A stretch of 20,936 bases of DNA, from assembly GCA_036339875.1 (NCBI GenBank), contig JAYZAC010000106.1, positions 1 through 20,936 of the forward strand, in the 5' to 3' direction. Origin of the DNA: a bacterium (GTDB lineage Bacteria > Muiribacteriota > UBA6191). Position 1 is the first letter of the stretch. The number at the start of each line of letters is the position of its first letter. Shown piece by piece: positions 1 through 7,728 of this stretch. The notes beneath the pieces are model-generated. The model saw only the letters and a program-made list of their open reading frames with translations, ran no database searches and was not told the origin of the DNA. The position numbers and the translations under genes were made by a program.

Positions 1-7
1 TTTTGGT

Positions 8-589
8 ATGGTTCAAGAGAGACTTAATGGAGATAAAATTGGCAGACAATGGGACCTTTCTAAACTTATTAGATCAATAAATGTTAAGAAAACTCTGGTT
101 AATTTCTCTAATAAAATTCTGCAAATTGGTTATCAAGAACAGTTGATGCGAATGGGTAAGATAAAAAGCAATCAAGAAGTTCGTAAAGCGCACTTAGAAT
201 CACTAAAACAAATAGTAAATACAATTGGTTGGCCGACAATTCAACAGGTAGGTGCTACAGCTTCTCATATGGCTTGGAGTATTGTTCAGCATGCAGACTT
301 TGATCTGAAGTATCAAAAGCGCGTGTTGGATGTCCTAAAACAAGCTACAGAAGGGCAAATAATGGTTTCAGAAATTCCTTATTTAACTGATCGTATTTTA
401 TTAAATGAAGGAAAAAAACAATTATATGGAACACAATATGAGATGGATGAGCAAGGTAACGTCATTCCCCGTCCAATCGAATCAGTTAGTAAAGTGGATG
501 ACAGACGAAAAGAGTTCGGGCTCATACCTTTCAATGAGTATTTAGCGAATCTAAAAAAGTCCATTGATGACAAGAAAGATGAGATGTAA
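8..589 (+). CDS. DUF6624-like protein (may start upstream of the window)
   Basis: Motifs GWPT..VG..AS..AW.IVQHAD, YLTDR.L.NEGK.Q.YGTQ and VD.RR..FGL match my recollection of DUF6624. The frame is open back to the window edge (TTT GGT before the ATG at 8). Confidence 0.7.
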   Translation: MVQERLNGDKIGRQWDLSKLIRSINVKKTLVNFSNKILQIGYQEQLMRMGKIKSNQEVRKAHLESLKQIVNTIGWPTIQQVGATASHMAWSIVQHADFDLKYQKRVLDVLKQATEGQIMVSEIPYLTDRILLNEGKKQLYGTQYEMDEQGNVIPRPIESVSKVDDRRKEFGLIPFNEYLANLKKSIDDKKDEM

Positions 590-1215
590 TGTCTTTAAGT
601 ATACTGTATAAAATTTTACGTATAGTTGCAGTTATTTCAGCCAGTAACGCTTTCCACTTATCCTTCGCAAATTTTCAATCGGATTCAAAAACTGAACTCA
701 ATAAGATTATCAAATTAAGAAGCGCTAATCTGAATTCATTCAATGAATTTAGAAGTAAAAAAGAGGAAAGCTTTCGATATAAAAAAGAGCAAGATAAATT
801 AAATCGACGATCGTTACTCCGCAAACAGTCTTTACCTAAGAGTTTTGGTGTTAAAAAGAAAGGTCAGGCTGTATTTGTAAGCAATGAACTCTTGCATGCT
901 AATATAGGGAGTATTCAAAATATTTTTCGTGGAACAAAGTTGTCACCCTCTAAAAAGCCTAACGGCTCAACCGTAGGTTATTTCATAAAATCAACAAAAA
1001 GAGGCTCTTTTGTATCATTATTAGGGTTTGAGGCTGGTGATGTGATTCATAAAGTCGATAAATACAACATTGTATCCATGTCTTCCATATTTAAGGCTTA
1101 CAGGCGGATACTGAAAAAAAAGCCTGAAAAGATAGTTGTAATATATAGTTCTATGAAAACGCCTACAGTAAAAAGAGTGTTAACATTCTTTAGAGCCCAT
1201 GTTGAGGGTCAGTAA
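589..1215 (+). CDS. Exported or membrane protein with C-terminal GspC-type PDZ domain
   Basis: Hydrophobic N-terminus; C-terminal GYFIKS.KRGS....LGFEAGDVIHKVD resembles the PDZ domain of type II secretion GspC. TAATG stop/start overlap with the upstream gene. Confidence 0.6.
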   Translation: MSLSILYKILRIVAVISASNAFHLSFANFQSDSKTELNKIIKLRSANLNSFNEFRSKKEESFRYKKEQDKLNRRSLLRKQSLPKSFGVKKKGQAVFVSNELLHANIGSIQNIFRGTKLSPSKKPNGSTVGYFIKSTKRGSFVSLLGFEAGDVIHKVDKYNIVSMSSIFKAYRRILKKKPEKIVVIYSSMKTPTVKRVLTFFRAHVEGQ

Positions 1216-1235
1216 TCGTGAAGAGGGAGTAACTC

Positions 1236-1880
1236 ATGACCGAGATGAACACACTGGGAATTAAGACATTAGAAAGGTATGCGGAGAATCACACTAAAGC
1301 TATTCATCCAATACTGGAGGAATTAAAACAGAGAACTATTGAAACCACCGACGCACCACAAATGATGGTCGGGAATTTAGAAGGTAAATTTTTACAATTA
1401 ATATGCGCTCTTAGTAATGCAAAAAATGTTATCGAGGTCGGTACGTTTACTGGATACTCTACTTTATGTTTAGCAGATGCAGTTGGTGATGACGGTCATA
1501 TTATTACAATTGATAGTAATGAAAATACTAGTAGAGTTGCACAAGAATTTATTGCTCGAGCTGGATTTCAAAATAGAGTAACGTTCGCTATCGGCGATGC
1601 TATGGATGTTTTAAATAGTATAGATCATGTAGTGGATTTAGCTTTTATTGATGCTGATAAAATTAGCTACGACTCATATTACGAAACCCTACTGCCTCAT
1701 ATTAAACCCGCAGGATTTCTGATCTTTGACAATATGTTGTGGAACGGACGAGTACTGCATCCCCAGACTGCAGATGATAAAGCACTTGACGCTCTTAATA
1801 AAAAGCTCACAAATGACACTCGCGTAGAGAATTTTCTGATTCCACTCAGAGATGGTATCCAAGTTGTACAAAAACTATAG
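1236..1880 (+). CDS. Class I SAM-dependent O-methyltransferase (caffeoyl-CoA/catechol OMT family)
   Basis: EVGTFTGYS SAM motif, FIDADK..Y and DNMLWNG metal-binding motifs, terminal P.RDG. GAGGGAG Shine-Dalgarno upstream. Confidence 0.93.
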   Translation: MTEMNTLGIKTLERYAENHTKAIHPILEELKQRTIETTDAPQMMVGNLEGKFLQLICALSNAKNVIEVGTFTGYSTLCLADAVGDDGHIITIDSNENTSRVAQEFIARAGFQNRVTFAIGDAMDVLNSIDHVVDLAFIDADKISYDSYYETLLPHIKPAGFLIFDNMLWNGRVLHPQTADDKALDALNKKLTNDTRVENFLIPLRDGIQVVQKL

Positions 1881-1881
1881 A

Positions 1882-2460
1882 CTAGATTCTTCCAATAAGT
1901 CTCATAAACTCTTCACGGGTCGCGAGGTTACTTTTGAATTCTCCTAGTAGTTTTGACGTTACCATTGAAGAATTTTGTTTATTGACACCCCTAGAACACA
2001 TACAGAAATGTTTAGCTTGGAGTACCACTCCAACCCCACTAGGGCTAAGTGCTTCTTGCAGAGTAGTGGCGATTTGATTGGTAAGTTTTTCTTGAATTTG
2101 TAAACGCTTGGCATAAACGTCTACAAGTCGAGCTAGTTTGCTTAAGCCAACCACCGTTCCACCTCTTTGAGGTATATAGGCTACATGTGCAGTTCCTGTA
2201 AATGGCGCCATGTGATGCTCACACATCGAATAAAATTCGATATCTTTACATACAATCATAGAGTCTACTATATAATCTTCTTGCACGAACTGCTTCTTGA
2301 GGACAGAGAATGGGTCTTGGTCATAGCCAGAAAACCATTCGTCATAAGCTTTAAGAACTCGTTTTGGAGTTTCTAATAGTCCAGGTCTTTCTGGATCATC
2401 TCCAATAATTTCTAATAATTTCTTGATATGGGCTTCGTTATTTTTAGTTACACGACTCAT
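1882..2460 (-). CDS. folE: GTP cyclohydrolase I (type IA)
   Basis: [23 protein letters not shown]...AKRLQIQE and H.CM.SRG motifs including the Zn ligands. AAGGA SD upstream. Confidence 0.97.
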   Translation of the reverse strand: MSRVTKNNEAHIKKLLEIIGDDPERPGLLETPKRVLKAYDEWFSGYDQDPFSVLKKQFVQEDYIVDSMIVCKDIEFYSMCEHHMAPFTGTAHVAYIPQRGGTVVGLSKLARLVDVYAKRLQIQEKLTNQIATTLQEALSPSGVGVVLQAKHFCMCSRGVNKQNSSMVTSKLLGEFKSNLATREEFMRLIGRI

Positions 2461-2463
2461 GGC

Positions 2464-4548
2464 TCATCCTTTCCACTCATCCGAAAATACTCCATCCCAA
2501 TTAGACCCTGGTGACCCAGTCCTTATGAAATATTTACAACGATCGATAAATACTTCGCAGGTTTTATCATGAATTATATCTTTCTGTGAAGCCTGTTCAA
2601 ATAATGATAGAGCCCTGGTAAAATCTTGATCGAAGTAATGATTTAAAGCCGTTTCATATGTCTTGATAAAGTCAAATCGAGTTTCGGAGATATCTTCGTA
2701 TTTCCCAATAAGTTCATAAATATCCATGGTTAATGATTTACCACGCACGATTACCCGATCGAGTTTACGAACAACTAATTTATTTGCAAGATGAGCTCTG
2801 GTTGTCTCACTAATAAGAATATTGGTTCCATAAATTTTATTCAAATTCTCTAATCTAGAGCCAACATTAACATTGTCTCCAATTACGGTATAGTCAAATC
2901 TTGATTGACTTCCCATATTACCCACCAACATAGTCCCAGTATTTATACCAATACGTACCTTAAAGCATGGCAAATTAAGTTTTTTCCATTCAGGATAAAG
3001 CTTATTGATTAATAATTTTTGGTTATCTAGTGCAGCTAGACATGCTTTTAGGGCATGATCTTTCATATCTAATGGTGCACCAAAAATAGCCATAATGGCA
3101 TCTCCTTCATATTTGTCTAACATTCCATTATGTTCCATAATAATGTTATCTGTCATTGCAGTAAGGTATTGATTTAGTAGACCAACTAACTTCTCTATTT
3201 CCATTTTTTCGGAAATAGAGGCAAAGCCTTCTATATCCGAAAAAAATACTGAAAGTTCCTTTCTTTCTCCGCCTAGTTTTAGTTTTTCTGGTTGACTTAA
3301 TATTTGATTCACTACACTTGAAGTAACGTAATGAGAAAAGGCGTGTTTAATATTAGACTTTTCAGAGCGTTCAACAAAATAATGCATAGATAACATCGTT
3401 AATGCTGACAATGCTAAGTATAAGCAGGGCATTGGTAGATGTGAATGAAGCTTAACATTTGGTATCCAATAAACGAGTAGATCACAGATAAGTATCAACG
3501 GTATGAGGTAGGTTAAAAATTTGATATAACCCATTGGACTTAATCTGTAAGTTGCCCAACTAGAGATTAGAAAAAACAATAAAAATATTACCAATATCGC
3601 GTTTATTGGTGTGTGAATGGAATCCCTGTTCTGCAACATAGAACTTAGCACGTATGTTTCTAGTTCTATAGGGGACATATTCAAACCTAAACTAGTCTTT
3701 ATTGGTTCTACTATTCCCTCTGACGTAGGACCAATTATAACGATGCGATTTTTGACAGATTGCTTATCAAAATTATCCTCTAGAACATCAACGAAAGATA
3801 ATTTTTCGAATGGATTTAATTCGGGTATAAAATTATTGATATTAACCTGATTCAAAATGTCAAAGGTATACTCTTGCGAAAAATATTTAATAGTATTGAT
3901 ATTTGTAAATTTGTATTCATTATCAATTAATTCAATTTCATAATTTGGATTTCCTTTTGAAAGCAATTTGATAACTTTAATTACAAGCGAATCGTAAACT
4001 TCATCCTCATATTCTTGGTGCAGTAACCACTTTCGAATACTATTTGTGGAGTTTGGAAGTCCTCGGGAAAAACCTAGTGCATGAGAGCTTCGAACGATTT
4101 CTGGTATTGGTGGCGTTAATTGCCATTTTTCCTGTCCTCGATGATTTTGAAATCGAAGTAATTGATTACGAGTTACTACATTTCCGGCATTTTTTATAGA
4201 TAATGCTAATTTTTTATCTTGTGCTGAATCCAATTGACTAGGTGCTTGGATGTAGTCTCCTAGTACTATTACCTTTGCGTCAGCATGTGCTAATTTACTG
4301 ATGAGAGATGCATAATATCTTCTTGAGAAGGGGTAGTTATCTGGAATTCTGCTTAAAGATTCATCGTCGATTTGAACTAGAAGTATTTTATTGTGATGAA
4401 CTATATTTTTTATCTTATTGACCGTGGTGACTTTTAAGTCTTGGTAATAAAGTTTTATATTATTAAGAAAGGCTGGAGAGTATATAAAAATTGAAATTAA
4501 ACTGAAATTGATCGCGAGAATAAGCTTTTGGACGAAAGGGCGGAGCAT
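2464..4548 (-). CDS. CHASE2-domain membrane class III adenylate cyclase
   Basis: N-terminal TM, CHASE2 motifs (LVQIDDESL, YPFSR..YA.LI..L, IVIIG), three TMs, then FSDIEGF, DKYEGDA, RIGINTG, GNMGS..RFDYTVIGDNVN.GSRLE. The Lys/Asp pair points to ATP specificity. C-terminal helical tail ending in WDGV. Confidence 0.92.
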   Translation of the reverse strand: MLRPFVQKLILAINFSLISIFIYSPAFLNNIKLYYQDLKVTTVNKIKNIVHHNKILLVQIDDESLSRIPDNYPFSRRYYASLISKLAHADAKVIVLGDYIQAPSQLDSAQDKKLALSIKNAGNVVTRNQLLRFQNHRGQEKWQLTPPIPEIVRSSHALGFSRGLPNSTNSIRKWLLHQEYEDEVYDSLVIKVIKLLSKGNPNYEIELIDNEYKFTNINTIKYFSQEYTFDILNQVNINNFIPELNPFEKLSFVDVLEDNFDKQSVKNRIVIIGPTSEGIVEPIKTSLGLNMSPIELETYVLSSMLQNRDSIHTPINAILVIFLLFFLISSWATYRLSPMGYIKFLTYLIPLILICDLLVYWIPNVKLHSHLPMPCLYLALSALTMLSMHYFVERSEKSNIKHAFSHYVTSSVVNQILSQPEKLKLGGERKELSVFFSDIEGFASISEKMEIEKLVGLLNQYLTAMTDNIIMEHNGMLDKYEGDAIMAIFGAPLDMKDHALKACLAALDNQKLLINKLYPEWKKLNLPCFKVRIGINTGTMLVGNMGSQSRFDYTVIGDNVNVGSRLENLNKIYGTNILISETTRAHLANKLVVRKLDRVIVRGKSLTMDIYELIGKYEDISETRFDFIKTYETALNHYFDQDFTRALSLFEQASQKDIIHDKTCEVFIDRCKYFIRTGSPGSNWDGVFSDEWKG

Positions 4549-4581
4549 AAGTATTCCTGTAAATCTAAGTTACCATTTGGA

Positions 4582-5949
4582 TTATTCGACTTGGGCTTTA
4601 TTCTTACGTTGAAAATATTTTTTCAGTATTTCACGTTGGATTTGGTCTGCTTCGCGTAATAATGTACGACCTTTTTCAATTTGTTTTGCACCCATATTTC
4701 CGGCAGTGAATAATTTCATAGTACCACCTAAGATTATCTTACCCACTCCTTGCCATCTCTTTCTAGCTCCTTCGCCCCAAGAAGGAATATTACGAATTTC
4801 GTCGGCTTGTTCCACTGGAAGGTTATCAATGTTTAAATCAGCAGGCGGTGTTCCATCTTCCTGAGATTCTCCGATTGGTGGTCCTAATGGATTTAAGTTA
4901 GACGAACCGTCATTATTTTTGGGTATTTGAGTATTGTCTATTAGTTTTTTGGGAGTTACATTAACCGTTACCTTGTTATCATCAGTTGCTGATGGAACAT
5001 CAACGGTAATGGCTTTTGTATCAAAGATTTCGTCCATTTCGTCCTGATCAATAAGTGTGTAAGGATTATTGTTTATCTCATTTAACTGAGTTATACGATT
5101 TTCGAGATTTCCTAAATTATTATCAACATCTTGAATATCAGATAACTTACTTTCAACCTCGGTGGAATCTAATCCACCAATTGTAGAGGAAGAAGCAAGT
5201 TTTACAGCATACTGTCTAAGGGAGTTACTATTTAATCTTATCAAATCTAAAGAGTTAAAAATTTTCTGGTGTAATACAATCAATTGTTCCGGATGATCTT
5301 TATTTTTAGACAGTTGATAATATGCATCAATCATATCATTAGTATTTGAGACGTCTTGTGATATATGACTTAATCCCTTATCAATTGAAATTATTCCCTG
5401 TTGATAACGTGCTTGAATACTTTGTTCTGAACCGACCGGTAAACCATCTTTGTCCAACGATAAAATAGAATCCTCAATTAATTTTGATTCCGCAAAACCA
5501 CCTATAGACTTTGGCAGTGATGAAGTTTTATCGGGGTTAACATTCATTCTTTGGGGAGTCTTATCATCTACCTCTAGGAAGATCTCAGGCTTATTTATCG
5601 ATTTTTCAATATATTTACTAGCGCCGTAAATATCATTAACTTTTTGACGCTTTAGTGGGTTATAACCCAATCGGTCTTCTTGAGAAAAATATCCATTAGG
5701 ATCAAATAAGCTCTCAGATGTTGGCAGGCTTAGAAGATAATCGTTGTAACGTTTCTTGAATTGTAAGGACTTGACTTCACTCTCGAAAAATTGGTTTTTG
5801 CTCGCATGTTCCAAATGCTCTTCGTAGTTAATTGCAAAATCATAATTCATCTGACGGAGTAACAAATAGCGATGGCGTTCATCCTCCTCTGCTGAATGCA
5901 CGAAGGAAACTAATAAATAAAAGAGGATGTATATCAATCTAATTAACAT
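4582..5949 (-). CDS. Hypothetical secreted protein, 455 aa
   Basis: Long ORF with a signal-peptide-like start (MLIRLIYILFYLLVSFVHSA), coiled-coil-like middle, Pro/Asp/Asn-rich linker and basic C-terminal helix. No family recognised. Confidence 0.75.
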   Translation of the reverse strand: MLIRLIYILFYLLVSFVHSAEEDERHRYLLLRQMNYDFAINYEEHLEHASKNQFFESEVKSLQFKKRYNDYLLSLPTSESLFDPNGYFSQEDRLGYNPLKRQKVNDIYGASKYIEKSINKPEIFLEVDDKTPQRMNVNPDKTSSLPKSIGGFAESKLIEDSILSLDKDGLPVGSEQSIQARYQQGIISIDKGLSHISQDVSNTNDMIDAYYQLSKNKDHPEQLIVLHQKIFNSLDLIRLNSNSLRQYAVKLASSSTIGGLDSTEVESKLSDIQDVDNNLGNLENRITQLNEINNNPYTLIDQDEMDEIFDTKAITVDVPSATDDNKVTVNVTPKKLIDNTQIPKNNDGSSNLNPLGPPIGESQEDGTPPADLNIDNLPVEQADEIRNIPSWGEGARKRWQGVGKIILGGTMKLFTAGNMGAKQIEKGRTLLREADQIQREILKKYFQRKNKAQVE

Positions 5950-6013
5950 ATCTATTTAGATAAAAATTGCCTTTGAACGCCTATGTTAAAGATTAATATA
6001 TTTGTAAAATCTG

Positions 6014-6664
6014 TCAATTTCTACTGGTAATTTTTCTCGTTATGATTTCTGGGATTACCGTAGTGCTCCAATAGGTTTGTAGTTCCAATGGCACAGTACT
6101 TTCTAAGTCGCGAAGATTTTGTTGATAATCTTTTACTTCAACCCGTGCCTCTCGTCTAAGTTGTTGAACAAAAGCATCATTCTGCAGACTCTTGAAATTA
6201 AGTATAGCTTGTCTAGCAGAAAATGTTTCAATAAATAGATCTTTCTCAATAATGTAAAATGAATGTGGAATAACCAAAGACTTATCACCACGAGGATAAA
6301 CTTCAACGGTAGCAATCATCAGCAGGCTATTGCCTTCGTCACTTTCTGCTCGGGAGAAAACATGACATATCTTCTGCCCAACTAACCCTATACCAGTAGT
6401 ATCTACGTAAGCAATATAGCGAGTACTTTCTGAGATGGAAGCCTCATGTGGGCCAGTGGAAAAATTTTTGAATCGAAGTTTATTAATTATTAATTCAATT
6501 CCAGAACGAGCTGTGTGTTCGAGTACAAATGAATTATAAATTTTACGGGTCTCATGATTTACAGTTCTCATTCGCTGCATCATTATTAAACCAATGGGAA
6601 CAATTATTACCGTTAAAACTAGAACAATAATCAAGGCATTACCTTCCTTACGAAATCTAAACAT
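6014..6664 (-). CDS. PilX/GspK-like minor prepilin
   Basis: Class III signal MFRFRKEG|NALIIVLVL lacking Glu5 (typical of PilX/GspK), followed by A.SGIE. Overlaps the upstream gene by 8 nt. Confidence 0.7.
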   Translation of the reverse strand: MFRFRKEGNALIIVLVLTVIIVPIGLIMMQRMRTVNHETRKIYNSFVLEHTARSGIELIINKLRFKNFSTGPHEASISESTRYIAYVDTTGIGLVGQKICHVFSRAESDEGNSLLMIATVEVYPRGDKSLVIPHSFYIIEKDLFIETFSARQAILNFKSLQNDAFVQQLRREARVEVKDYQQNLRDLESTVPLELQTYWSTTVIPEIITRKITSRN

Positions 6665-7217
6665 TTAGTAACCTCAATGAATTGACTAGATTATATTTGT
6701 CTATTTGAATCCGAAACTGAAGAACACGAGGATGTTTTTTTCGGTAAGTGAATTGAACCTTTTCTATGTTATTTCCCAGAATATATTTTGATTCATTATG
6801 CTTAAAATTTCCACGCAGATCATATTCAAAAGAACCATTAGAAATAACCATTTTACCGGAATCGTCAATTGGTATTGAATAGAGTTTTAATTGGCTATTC
6901 TTTTTATCATAATTAATTATCTTTAACACACCATTTCGATCCTTGAAGACTATTGCTTGGGTTGATGTAATTTCATTCATCGTAATAGTTGACGGAAAAA
7001 TGAGATCTCTAGATTCTCGTAGTTCTTTTTGTATTTTAATCAGAATTTTACGAGCTTCTAGAATAGATTCGGTATATTCTTCATTAATTCTATTCGTGCC
7101 GAAGGACCAAAATACTAGGTTGTATATTATACCAACAAGAGAAGTAGCTATTACAGTAGCCACAATTACCTCTACCACTGTAAAAGCTTTCCTATGTGAT
7201 ATTGCAAAAAGCCTCAT
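6657..7217 (-). CDS. PilW/GspJ-like minor prepilin
   Basis: Prepilin motif HRKA|FTVVEVIVA with Phe1/Glu5, and a later I.KELRES helix typical of PilW/GspJ-like proteins. Confidence 0.78.
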   Translation of the reverse strand: MRLFAISHRKAFTVVEVIVATVIATSLVGIIYNLVFWSFGTNRINEEYTESILEARKILIKIQKELRESRDLIFPSTITMNEITSTQAIVFKDRNGVLKIINYDKKNSQLKLYSIPIDDSGKMVISNGSFEYDLRGNFKHNESKYILGNNIEKVQFTYRKKHPRVLQFRIQIDKYNLVNSLRLLNV

Positions 7218-7723
7218 CCATTATACCTACGTGAAATATTTCCAGAAAGATTGTAATTTAATTCTCGATAGCCATTGTGCCAAAATATCGAAACCAACAC
7301 TTGCTTAAAACTTGTTCTTGAGCCATCTCCAAAGTCGAAAACCTGAATTCTATATTTGATATTTAACGATTTAAACTGCTCAAATAAATCACTATCTAAA
7401 TCAGATTCGATAGCCATTGAAAATGAGTTTATTTCTTCAAATTCTTCAAATAGTGGACCGGCAAAAAGATCATTATCAGCTTCTTTGTATGTACTATATA
7501 TTTTATTATCATTTATAATATTATCGAAAGAATTACTTAGGGTTAGTTCCATAATATGTTGGGCCAGAGAGATACATAGCAAGGAATCTGCAGAACGATT
7601 AATACCTCTGGTTGAGCTAACACCGATTGCTACAATAACACCGATAATAATTGCGATTATACTCGAGGCTATAATCACTTCAATAATCTGAAATCCACCA
7701 TTATATGATTTTTTTGAATACAT
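7214..7723 (-). CDS. PilV/GspI-like minor prepilin
   Basis: Prepilin motif NGG|FQIIEVIIA, LAQ.IME helix and C-terminal K.V.VSIFW strand typical of PilV/GspI-like proteins. Confidence 0.75.
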   Translation of the reverse strand: MYSKKSYNGGFQIIEVIIASSIIAIIIGVIVAIGVSSTRGINRSADSLLCISLAQHIMELTLSNSFDNIINDNKIYSTYKEADNDLFAGPLFEEFEEINSFSMAIESDLDSDLFEQFKSLNIKYRIQVFDFGDGSRTSFKQVLVSIFWHNGYRELNYNLSGNISRRYNG

Positions 7724-7728
7724 ATTGC

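Noticed and set aside
2458..2472. Cyclase and folE are in the same frame, separated only by TGA-GCC, suggesting readthrough or a recoded TGA giving a cyclase-FolE fusion
   Set aside because: The cyclase ends at its usual WDGV tail, AAGGA before the TGA is a well-spaced SD for folE, and TGA is a genuine stop elsewhere (ATGA overlap at 7214-7217, PP2C ends at 18031 and 20615).
6943..7691. Plus-strand ORFs of 121 and 111 aa opposite the prepilin genes
   Set aside because: Antisense shadows of well-supported genes; TTG starts, Ser/Ile-rich, no motifs.
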